Below, one piece after another: positions 1 to 7,546 of a stretch of DNA of 64,000 nucleotides (position 1 is its first letter; the number at the start of each line of letters is the position of its first letter). Source of the DNA: a virus; the IMG/VR virus record IMGVR_UViG_2974715202_000001, one strand, 5' to 3'. Made by a program: the position numbers and the translations under genes. The notes beneath the pieces were generated by a model. The model searched no databases. It was not told the origin of the DNA and worked only from the letters and a program-made list of their open reading frames with translations.

Positions 1-2
1 AC

Positions 3-1019
3 TATTTGACCCAGGAGCAATGGGAAGTCATCGAGCCGACCATCCGGAAAGAGAACTCAGAAATCTGGATCATCTTCAACCCGAACGAAGTGACCGACTT
101 CGTGTATCAGAACTTCGTGGTCAAGCCCCCGAAAGATTCCTGCGTCAAGATGATCAACTGGAACGAAAATCCGTTCCTCAGTGAGACGATGCTTAAAGTC
201 ATTCACGAAGCCTATGAGCGCGACCGGGAGCAGGCCGAGCACATTTATGGCGGGATTCCGAAGACTGGTGGCGACAAATCCGTCATCAACCTCAAGTTCA
301 TCCTCGCGGCCATCGACGCCCACAAGAAACTCGGCTGGGAGCCAGCCGGGTCGAAGCGCATCGGCTTCGACGTTGCGGACGACGGCGAGGATGCGAACGC
401 CACGACTCTCATGCACGGCAACGTCATCATGGAAGTGGACGAATGGGACGGCCTGGAAGATGAACTGCTCAAGTCGTCCAGTCGCGTATACAATCTGGCG
501 AAGGTGAAAGGCGCCTCGGTCACTTATGACTCCATCGGCGTCGGTGCTCACGTCGGTTCGAAGTTCGCCGAGTTGAACGATGCCAGCCCCGACTTCAAAC
601 TTATCTATGATCCATTCAACGCGGGCGGCGCTGTCGATAAGCCTGATGATGTCTACATGAAGCTGCCGCACACGACGATCAAGAACAAAGACCACTTCAG
701 CAACATCAAGGCGCAGAAGTGGGAAGAAGTCGCGACCCGATTCAGGAAGACTTATGAAGCGGTTGAACATGGAAAGGTTTATCCATTCGACGAATTGATT
801 TCGATCAACTCTGAAACGATTCCCCCGGACAAACTAAATCAATTGTGTATTGAACTTTCGTCGCCGCGCAAAGACCTGGACATGAACGGCCGATTCAAAG
901 TCGAGTCCAAGAAGGACATGCGCGAGAAACGCAAGATCAAGTCGCCGAACATCGCTGACTCGGTGATTATGTCGGCCATTCTGCCGATCCGGAAGCCCAA
1001 AGGCTTCTTCGATTTCTAA
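3..1019 (+). CDS. terL: Terminase large subunit, 5' end truncated by the window
   Basis: Frame is open from the window start. RNase H-like nuclease motif IGFDVADDGED and C-terminal SPNIADSVIM are typical of TerL. Confidence 0.9.
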   Translation, partial: YLTQEQWEVIEPTIRKENSEIWIIFNPNEVTDFVYQNFVVKPPKDSCVKMINWNENPFLSETMLKVIHEAYERDREQAEHIYGGIPKTGGDKSVINLKFILAAIDAHKKLGWEPAGSKRIGFDVADDGEDANATTLMHGNVIMEVDEWDGLEDELLKSSSRVYNLAKVKGASVTYDSIGVGAHVGSKFAELNDASPDFKLIYDPFNAGGAVDKPDDVYMKLPHTTIKNKDHFSNIKAQKWEEVATRFRKTYEAVEHGKVYPFDELISINSETIPPDKLNQLCIELSSPRKDLDMNGRFKVESKKDMREKRKIKSPNIADSVIMSAILPIRKPKGFFDF

Positions 1020-1027
1020 ACACAGAA

Positions 1028-1049
1028 AAGCCCGGATCGCTCCGGGCTT
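1028..1049 (-). terminator. Intrinsic terminator between convergent genes
   Basis: Stem AAGCCCGGA/TCCGGGCTT, loop TCGC, U-tract on the minus strand. Confidence 0.75.
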
Positions 1050-1055
1050 CGGGTC

Positions 1056-1439
1056 TTACTCGGTATGGTTCCTGGCGCTGAGTGTCGATGCAACGGCCTC
1101 GCCGACTCCCAGGGCTTCCTGGCCGGCCGCGAGCGCTTCGGCTTCCGACTCGACGATGAAGTCATCACCTTGGCTGTCGCCGGGCGGAACCTCGACCAGC
1201 ACGGCTTCTTCGCCCTCGAAACGCAGATCATAGGTCTTTTCGACGGACAGACCGTAACGGGCGTTGAGCGCATCCCAGAGCTGGGCCTCATAGGTCCGAA
1301 GGTCTTGCAGAGATTTCTGGTGGCTGAGCATCGCCATGTCGACGGCCCGTTGCAGGGTTTCGTCCAGGACGTTGAGTCGCATGCGAAGAGAACGAATCCG
1401 CTCGACCACTTCCGCATCCACTACATGTCTTTCGATCAT
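1056..1439 (-). CDS. Hypothetical protein, 127 aa, acidic C-terminus
   Basis: ORF with ATGA overlap to the upstream gene; lies in the minus-strand operon. Confidence 0.75.
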   Translation of the reverse strand: MIERHVVDAEVVERIRSLRMRLNVLDETLQRAVDMAMLSHQKSLQDLRTYEAQLWDALNARYGLSVEKTYDLRFEGEEAVLVEVPPGDSQGDDFIVESEAEALAAGQEALGVGEAVASTLSARNHTE

Positions 1440-1654
1440 CGCTTTTCACCTTTGCTGAATGTTACGTTGTAGCCGTTGTCGGCCAAATAGGTAAGAGCAC
1501 CTTCAAAGGAAGTTCCGACGAGGTGCCTTAGCTGCATTTCGCGCTGCGCAGCGATCCAAAATGCAGTTCCGGAGAACTCTGCGCGGCCTTCCGACAGAAC
1601 CTTTCCGTCAGGCCCGTCGATTCGAACGTGAACGGAAGATAGCTTCAGAGCCAT
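1436..1654 (-). CDS. Hypothetical protein, 72 aa (MALKLSSV...)
   Basis: Start reassigned to ATG 1654, which overlaps the upstream TAA (TAATG coupling). Confidence 0.7.
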   Translation of the reverse strand: MALKLSSVHVRIDGPDGKVLSEGRAEFSGTAFWIAAQREMQLRHLVGTSFEGALTYLADNGYNVTFSKGEKR

Positions 1655-2004
1655 TAGTGAATCCCTCCACTGGCTTGCGACGGCATTCTTTCTGCGCGAG
1701 CAGATGCGCAGTCCGGGCACGGGCAGGCTTGGCGGACGCGTTCCAACTCGTCGGCGTCCATGACATAGAGCTTCCCATCGGAAGTGTCGTGCGCCATGGC
1801 GATGTTCGGGAAGTCGGTGGCGCTCAGGCCGGCGACAGCGCGGATTTCGCCCCAGAGCGCTTCATTCTCGGCATTCAGGCGAGCGGCGAGCGCTTCGTGC
1901 TCTTTCGCTACACGCGCCATGAACTCGTCCATCCGGAATGCGAATTCCGCATCGATGGCGCGGGCCGAGGCCATAGAGCTGAGGTGAATCGGTTCTTTCT
2001 TCAT
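1654..2004 (-). CDS. Hypothetical protein, 116 aa, C-terminal CPCPDC
   Basis: ORF with GGAG-like RBS; coupled to the next gene. Confidence 0.75.
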   Translation of the reverse strand: MKKEPIHLSSMASARAIDAEFAFRMDEFMARVAKEHEALAARLNAENEALWGEIRAVAGLSATDFPNIAMAHDTSDGKLYVMDADELERVRQACPCPDCASARAERMPSQASGGIH

Positions 2005-2048
2005 GGTGATTCTCTTTTGGCTGGGGTTTGTGGTCTACCCAGGCCTAT

Positions 2049-2450
2049 TCAAAGCCTGGGTAGCATGGTGCTGAAAATGAACAAGAATGCTACAAACGCC
2101 AACAGCGTCCCTGCGAGCATTCTTTCTTGACTCTGCAGCTCAGCATATTCCTTGGTGGACATTCCTTGCTGCGCCGCCTCGGCCGCGAAGCGGGCTTTCG
2201 CCTCGATAACTTCCGGGCGCAGCGAAAGGACATATTCTAAGGCCTCTTCCCGCGCTTTTTCGGCCTCTACCAACCTAGGGTCGCGGGCCGAGACTTCGCT
2301 GTGCCCTGGCCGCGCGGGATGGGCCTGCAGCGATGGAGGAAGTTCGGCGGCCACGACTCCATAGTCGGAGCAGGCCCAAGCGATCCCGATGAGGATCGCG
2401 AGGATGGACTGGACGATTCGCAGCATCACTTTGTCGCTAGGAAGACCCAT
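2049..2450 (-). CDS. Membrane protein with N-terminal signal/TM segment and C-terminal TM segment
   Basis: Hydrophobic stretches IVQSILAILIGIAWAC and MLAGTLLAFVAFLFIF. Confidence 0.7.
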   Translation of the reverse strand: MGLPSDKVMLRIVQSILAILIGIAWACSDYGVVAAELPPSLQAHPARPGHSEVSARDPRLVEAEKAREEALEYVLSLRPEVIEAKARFAAEAAQQGMSTKEYAELQSQERMLAGTLLAFVAFLFIFSTMLPRL

Positions 2451-2452
2451 GG

Positions 2453-3232
2453 CTAATCCTCCACCGACCGAACGATTTCCATATTGCGACCGGCATTGGT
2501 TCCGGCAGCGTAGGCGCGCCGACCGTCACTGTCTTCCAGACGCGTGAGTTTGGTAACATTCGACTTCTTGTAACCCGGATCGCCGAAATGTTCGTGGACC
2601 GCAGCCTCTTTCACCACAACCAGAGACGTTCCGGCCGAGGAAACCAGTTCCATACGTTTCCTGGTGATGGATTGGAGGCGATAGCTGATTTCCTGGGTCG
2701 CGGCGAGCTTAAATTGCGCAGCAACCTTGACGTTAAACCGCTCGAACCCTTGAGCCTTCTGATATTCCCGGCACAGACGGTCTACTGCCTCGACCAGGGA
2801 GTTGAACATGTTCACCGCAAGCTCAACGTCCGACTTGTAGCCTTTAAATCGAACGGCATGACCCCAGCGCTTGGTGGTGCTTCCGTCGCGAGCGCTCCTG
2901 GACGCCTTAGCCGATGCTCGGTGATTGTTGATGCCACCGGCGAAATCCGTGATGCAATCATTATACGTCGCCACTGCCACCGAGAAGAACTTCATCCAGT
3001 TCGGGATTGCGGAATAGTAGCGAGTCGCAATTTGCTCGTCGAATTCTTCGCGAATCTCACCGGTTGCTTCGAAGTCGTGAAGGTCATATTTATCCTTCAG
3101 CTTCTTCACGCGTTCTGCCGCGATGGCAGCTTCGTGCGGACTGGAAGAGTCGGCCGCCATTGCAGTCAGCTTGCGAATGCGATCTTTCGCCTTCTCGATG
3201 GCTTCAGGAGTGAATTCGTTCTGGTCGGTCAT
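2453..3232 (-). CDS. DUF2786-like protein
   Basis: Start reassigned to ATG 3232 (RBS AAAGGA). The segment RIRKLTAMAADSSSPHEAAIAAERVKKL resembles DUF2786. Confidence 0.7.
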   Translation of the reverse strand: MTDQNEFTPEAIEKAKDRIRKLTAMAADSSSPHEAAIAAERVKKLKDKYDLHDFEATGEIREEFDEQIATRYYSAIPNWMKFFSVAVATYNDCITDFAGGINNHRASAKASRSARDGSTTKRWGHAVRFKGYKSDVELAVNMFNSLVEAVDRLCREYQKAQGFERFNVKVAAQFKLAATQEISYRLQSITRKRMELVSSAGTSLVVVKEAAVHEHFGDPGYKKSNVTKLTRLEDSDGRRAYAAGTNAGRNMEIVRSVED

Positions 3233-3254
3233 GGTCGGTTCCTTTTGTCTGAAG

Positions 3255-3325
3255 GTTTCGCGTTTCGATGGAGCTATTCTGCCTTCATCCAGAGTGGAAG
3301 TAAAGCATTTTCTTTCATTATTTCG
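3255..3325 (-). promoter_or_regulatory. Sigma70-like early promoter
   Basis: TTTACT (3299-3304), 17 nt, CAGAAT (3276-3281). Upstream AAATAAT and downstream ATCGAAACGCGAAAC are shared with other copies. Confidence 0.7.
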
Positions 3326-3755
3326 GAAGAGCCTGGAAATAGTTCCAGATCCAATCGCCTGCGGCCAGGACAACGACGAGAACTGCGAAGAACACGACTG
3401 CAGAGACCAATTGTGCGCCAGGCTTCAGCTTGGGGTGGCTGAGTTTTGGCTCTACCGGATTCTCCGGAGTGCTGGCGCTTGGCCCGGCGTCTTCTGGACC
3501 AAAGCCGGCGCCGCGCTCGCGTGCCTGGATAGATGCTATGGATTTCAAATACTCGGTCTGCTTTTGCGACTCTTCGTAGATGCCGGCGACGGCGAACCAG
3601 AGTGCGAACACTACGGCCGTGCAGATGACCCAGGCTCCGGTCAGAAGGATGGCCAGCGGACCGATGATTAAGACGGAAGCCGCCAGGACGATGGCGCCGC
3701 CCCAGATGATGAAGCCGGCCAGACCATTGGTGATGTCGATGCAGAATTTCTTCAT
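3318..3755 (-). CDS. Membrane protein, about 3 TM segments, 145 aa
   Basis: Start MKKFCID with RBS AAGGA; two N-terminal and one C-terminal hydrophobic helices. Confidence 0.75.
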   Translation of the reverse strand: MKKFCIDITNGLAGFIIWGGAIVLAASVLIIGPLAILLTGAWVICTAVVFALWFAVAGIYEESQKQTEYLKSIASIQARERGAGFGPEDAGPSASTPENPVEPKLSHPKLKPGAQLVSAVVFFAVLVVVLAAGDWIWNYFQALPK

Positions 3756-3771
3756 TTTTTGGTTCCTTCGG

Positions 3772-4359
3772 TCAAGGGATGGATGGGATTTGGAACTCGG
3801 CGCCGCCGAGGACATCAATGACGACCTCCCAGAGCGTCGGAACCGACCACTGATAACGGTCGAAGTCGGTTTCAGGATCGACTCCCAGGGTTACATAGGA
3901 AGTGGCCGGCCATTTGTGAACGGCGCCTTTTCGCATGAGAGTGGCCACGCGACCGTCACCGAGCGGATTCGTCCTGTGAGGAACATAAGCCGACATCGAG
4001 TATTGCTGTCCAGCGCCAATGATAAATTCTTGCCTCTGGCGCAGACATACAGAGCCTACAGGCTCCCAACCGCGACCGCCGCAGGCCTGGCGAGCCGAAG
4101 AGTGCTCATACCCTTCATGAGTCAATTCGCCGAGGCGCGCCGAACGGTCCACGTAATAATTTGTATTCTCCATAGACCCAACCAGAACCAAGGACTCGAA
4201 ATCGAATCGGTGATCGTGGATGGAAGAGTGATGGAAACAAAGCCGGCGCGGCAGCTACGGATGCCACACATGGAGGCGTCCGGCCGGGAGCTGGACCTGG
4301 ATGAAGCCCAGGCCGTGCAGCGTTATTTTGTCCTTCATCGGATCAGGGACGGTATCCAT
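3772..4359 (-). pseudogene. Cupin-like protein (195 codons) interrupted by an in-frame TAG at codon 35
   Basis: RBS GAGGA then ATG 4359. Reads MDTVPDPMKDKITLHGLGFIQVQLPAGRLHVWHP*LPRRLCFHHSSIHDHRFDFESLVLVG, in frame with ORF 3772..4191. TAG at 4255-4257. Confidence 0.75.
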
Positions 4360-4368
4360 GGATAATCC

Positions 4369-4464
4369 TCAGTAGCAGAAGTGGATGATAAAGGTTACGA
4401 TGGCCAAGCCGGTCGCCCATAGGAGGGCGAACCAGGCCATGGCTTTGATTGTAAGGTGGATCAT
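4369..4464 (-). CDS. Small hydrophobic peptide, 31 aa (MIHLTIKAMAWFALLWATGLAIVTFIIHFCY)
   Basis: Translated by hand. ATGA overlap with the upstream stop; fills the gap in the operon. Confidence 0.55.
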   Translation of the reverse strand: MIHLTIKAMAWFALLWATGLAIVTFIIHFCY

Positions 4465-5393
4465 CCGAAGAACTTTCCGGCGCAGATGGGGCCGATGCCC
4501 ATTTCGATGGATGCGTGATTGGTCAACTCGCGACCGCAGCAGGAGCATTGACCCGTCTTCCGACCGTAGGCGACTGCCGATTCCATTGGCTTTTCGAACA
4601 TCTCCAGGATATCGCCATACTCTGTGTCGGTGCAGTCGCGGCTCTTGATGAACTTGCCGCCAGTGATCCGGCCGAGGTAGATGTCGCCCAGGACATACAG
4701 ACTCCCGGCGTTCCGGCTGTTAGCGCTAGCCTCTTTCACCACGACGATGAGCGGTTCCTCACCTTCGCCAGCCAGACGCATTTTCGGGCGCTTAATGCCA
4801 GAGTCTTTCGCCTTCTCAAACGCTTTCTCGATTCCTGAAATGTCCAGAGTCGGCGCAGCAGCCTCCTGCGCGGCCACTTTCTCGCGATGTTTGGCGAGGT
4901 TTTCGATGGCTCGTTTCGCAGCAGCGATCTGATTCTCGGTCAACGAACCATATCTGTAAAGAGAATCCTTAAGGCTCTGGGCAAAGCTGAAAGAGTTGTC
5001 AGTCCACCACTCGATGATGTCCGGGTGAGCGGCTTCGAAAGCCTGAATTTTAAGGCCGCGATATTGCTCAGCCTTCTGGATTTTCTCGATGCGCTTTTCT
5101 GCCGCCTTAGCACGACTCTTGGCGCGTTGCTCCGGGCTGCTCTTGTACTCTTTATATCCAACGCCGCCGCAGGCAAAGCAGGCGCGACCATAAGACGAAG
5201 GGCCACGGTACAGGCCGGTGCCTGCGCATTTGGGGCACTTTTCGCGATACAGCTTCGGTTCCTTCCAGGAGTTCGGGCGGGCACCCATGGACACCTCTTC
5301 CAGGGTCTTCGGCGCTTCGTTGTTGACCTCTACGGTGGCGAAGTCATCGCCCAGGTCTTCGAAGCCGGTGAACAGATTCTCTGCTGCGTTCAT
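4461..5393 (-). CDS. Zinc-binding protein with DnaJ-like CxxCxGxG pair and C-terminal DUF6011-like domain
   Basis: CPKCAGTG, CFACGGVG and CSCCGRELTNHASIEMGIGPIC motifs; RBS CAGGAG before ATG 5393. Confidence 0.75.
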   Translation of the reverse strand: MNAAENLFTGFEDLGDDFATVEVNNEAPKTLEEVSMGARPNSWKEPKLYREKCPKCAGTGLYRGPSSYGRACFACGGVGYKEYKSSPEQRAKSRAKAAEKRIEKIQKAEQYRGLKIQAFEAAHPDIIEWWTDNSFSFAQSLKDSLYRYGSLTENQIAAAKRAIENLAKHREKVAAQEAAAPTLDISGIEKAFEKAKDSGIKRPKMRLAGEGEEPLIVVVKEASANSRNAGSLYVLGDIYLGRITGGKFIKSRDCTDTEYGDILEMFEKPMESAVAYGRKTGQCSCCGRELTNHASIEMGIGPICAGKFFG

Positions 5394-5414
5394 ATCGATT
5401 CTCCTGTTTGGAAA

Positions 5415-5470
5415 GTTCGTTTCGATGGGTTGACTATACTCCATAAATGGAAACGCGGTAGCACTTTCGC
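5415..5470 (-). promoter_or_regulatory. Early promoter of the same family, variant -35
   Basis: AAGTG-CTACCG, 17 nt, TATAGT (5433-5438); downstream ATCGAAACG. Confidence 0.55.
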
Positions 5471-5496
5471 ACTACCGTTCGTCGGGTTGCTGACGA

Positions 5497-5844
5497 TCAA
5501 TAAATGTCGCTGCTGATCTTGAACCCATGCTCAGCGCCGTCGTTGTAGTCATACTCAGCATAGCTGTCGCAGTAGTCATTCAGACGTTGGATGATTCCAA
5601 GAACGTCGTTAGCGACCTTGTGACGCTTCGTCGCGATGGTCTTGGCAATGCTGTCGCCGACTTCCAGGGTTTCGGCGGTCCGGCGATGGATCAACAAACG
5701 GCTCCAAAGATAGAGTCGGACCCGGCGAATCATGTCACGATGGCGCCTCAGTCGGCTCTGCAGCTCTTCAATTTCGAATTCGCGAGACTTTATTACTCGT
5801 CGAAGCTGCTGAACTTCCAATTCCAAATCGGCCTTAGTAGCCAT
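5497..5844 (-). CDS. Coiled-coil hypothetical protein, 115 aa
   Basis: Start MATKADLELE with RBS GAGGTG. Confidence 0.75.
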   Translation of the reverse strand: MATKADLELEVQQLRRVIKSREFEIEELQSRLRRHRDMIRRVRLYLWSRLLIHRRTAETLEVGDSIAKTIATKRHKVANDVLGIIQRLNDYCDSYAEYDYNDGAEHGFKISSDIY

Positions 5845-5851
5845 ATTCACC

Positions 5852-6109
5852 TCAGAAAGGAAAATCGTCTGAGGCTCCAGGAAGCTCGACGATTGTTGTT
5901 GAGCCTGAGCGGTCGAGTATGCACCCGGCCGATCCTGCCCTATGGGGATAATGCCTGCACGAACCGTAACAAGTGACTTCTTTGACGATTCGCCATGTCG
6001 ATCCTCCACACCACCTACATGCTGGTGGGCGCTTCGACTTCAGTTTTCGTTCGTCCAGGACGGCGCGTCTGTCGCAGGAAAGGCAGCGAGCCTTAACCGA
6101 CGTAACCAT
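5852..6109 (-). CDS. Cys-rich putative zinc-finger protein
   Basis: CLSC, CRWC and CYGSCRHYPH motifs. Start is uncertain. Confidence 0.6.
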   Translation of the reverse strand: MVTSVKARCLSCDRRAVLDERKLKSKRPPACRWCGGSTWRIVKEVTCYGSCRHYPHRAGSAGCILDRSGSTTIVELPGASDDFPF

Positions 6110-6404
6110 GAGTGTAGTCGATCATGCGAATGAGTTTGTCATCCACCGATTCTCTCGACTTCAAACCGTTCAACGAATCCGACTGGCCGTTGCAATTTCC
6201 ATTAATATCCATGGAAGACAGAAAGCCTGCCGACACTACTGTGATGTCAACTTTGTCTCCAGATTTCTTGAAGCCTTCGCATTCAGCGTCGAGGGCCACC
6301 AACGCACTCGCGGCCATGTTGACGTGACTGATTAAGTCGGGGAAGATTACGGGAACTTCACGAGACATTCCACGAACAGTCATCTTCAGCACTACATACT
6401 TCAT
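6093..6404 (-). CDS. Phage hypothetical protein, 103 aa
   Basis: Start MKYVVLK with RBS AAAGGA. The PVIFP...VSAGF...C.G.SDSL pattern is familiar from small phage proteins. Confidence 0.75.
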   Translation of the reverse strand: MKYVVLKMTVRGMSREVPVIFPDLISHVNMAASALVALDAECEGFKKSGDKVDITVVSAGFLSSMDINGNCNGQSDSLNGLKSRESVDDKLIRMIDYTHGYVG

Positions 6405-6409
6405 ACTCG

Positions 6410-6613
6410 CTATCCTTTTTGTATGTGAGGAAAGAACTTGCTGTTTTCCGGATGGTGGAAACGTTCGGCCGCAGGCGGTCTTTCTTCCGGACACTGAATC
6501 GTCGAAGGCGGGAAAACCGCGCTGGAGATTATCGCCGCTAGCAGCGCAGCGGATGTCGACATCCACAGGGCAGTTTCCAGGCTGACCCGCACTTCAGGTC
6601 GGCGCGGCTTCAT
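6410..6613 (-). CDS. Small membrane protein
   Basis: ATGA overlap with the upstream stop; one hydrophobic helix. Confidence 0.55.
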   Translation of the reverse strand: MKPRRPEVRVSLETALWMSTSAALLAAIISSAVFPPSTIQCPEERPPAAERFHHPENSKFFPHIQKG

Positions 6614-6933
6614 TCGCTCCAACCCCTTCCCGGCTCATAAGACGGGATGCTGCCGCCGCGAATCCAATTGTCCCACATATGGTTCAGACCAGTGGGCGGC
6701 TGGGGCGGCGGACTGTAAAAGCCGGGAACTTCTGTGCTGCTGAGGAAATAAGGCGTGCAAACGGCCCGAACAACCAGCTGATGTCGCTCCCACATCTTAT
6801 CAATCGCTCTTAGCATGACGTCTTCGCACTGAGCCTTACTGTCGAACCGTCTGCTAGTATGGTCCGGCATCTGGACGCAGCCGTCTCCAGTGCAAAGGAA
6901 AGCAGTAGCAATCCATACGGTGATACTCGCCAT
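6610..6933 (-). CDS. Putative exported Cys-containing protein, 107 aa
   Basis: RBS GAGGGTG before MASITVWIATAFLC. Confidence 0.65.
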   Translation of the reverse strand: MASITVWIATAFLCTGDGCVQMPDHTSRRFDSKAQCEDVMLRAIDKMWERHQLVVRAVCTPYFLSSTEVPGFYSPPPQPPTGLNHMWDNWIRGGSIPSYEPGRGWSE

Positions 6934-6964
6934 TTCGTCACCCTCTTTAGTTGATGAGCAGAGT

Positions 6965-7366
6965 CTATTCCATCTGCTCGCCAGGAGTAAAGCGCTTTTC
7001 GTCGGGATAAATGCCGATGATGTCTGCGTCGAGCATCCAAATCTCCACGGACGGATCGTCGCTGCTGATTTGATATAGGTTGTACAGCTCCCGTCCGCCG
7101 ACAGCACGCTCGCCTCGTGGCTCAACCGCCAGAACCTTGCCGTGTCCTTCTCCGTGCTCGTCCAGGTATATGACGTGATCACCGACTTCATAGCTTTCTT
7201 TCGTGACGAGGCGTGAACGCGAGCTGTTCTGCGATTCCACCATCCAGGAATCCAGCACGCCGCCTTTCATGTCGCGAAACAATCTTGCCGATTTGTCGCA
7301 ATCGAATACGCCCAGAACTTCGCCGTCTTTCAACACGATATGTACGATTGGCAAAAGAGTATTCAT
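6965..7366 (-). CDS. Hypothetical protein, 133 aa; C-terminal half looks SH3-like
   Basis: RBS GGAG; YEVGDHVIY...GKVLAV pattern. Confidence 0.7.
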   Translation of the reverse strand: MNTLLPIVHIVLKDGEVLGVFDCDKSARLFRDMKGGVLDSWMVESQNSSRSRLVTKESYEVGDHVIYLDEHGEGHGKVLAVEPRGERAVGGRELYNLYQISSDDPSVEIWMLDADIIGIYPDEKRFTPGEQME

Positions 7367-7393
7367 GTTTAATCTCCATTGGTTGATAATTAG

Positions 7394-7432
7394 AGTCTAA
7401 TCTGCCGAAAAGTTCCCGTAAAGAATTATTTT
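7394..7432 (-). promoter_or_regulatory. Sigma70-like promoter of the leftward early block
   Basis: TTTACG (7417-7422), 17 nt, TAGACT (7394-7399); upstream AAAATAAT. Confidence 0.6.
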
Positions 7433-7483
7433 CTCATAACTGATTAGTTGCAACTGTTAATCTGATGTATATGTTTGAATCTC

Positions 7484-7512
7484 TTTTGAACGTTTGATGT
7501 TTCCCCTATAAT
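7484..7512 (+). promoter_or_regulatory. Promoter of the portal operon
   Basis: Perfect TATAAT at 7507-7512; weak -35 (TTTTGA/TTTGAA). Confidence 0.5.
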
Positions 7513-7546
7513 AAGCGCACACAGCCAACAACCACGTGGAACTACA

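Noticed and set aside
4255-4257. Genome-wide TAG recoding as the explanation of the amber codon
   Set aside because: TAG ends ordinary genes immediately followed by the next gene (16199-16201, 54825-54827), other long genes are uninterrupted, and no suppressor tRNA was seen.
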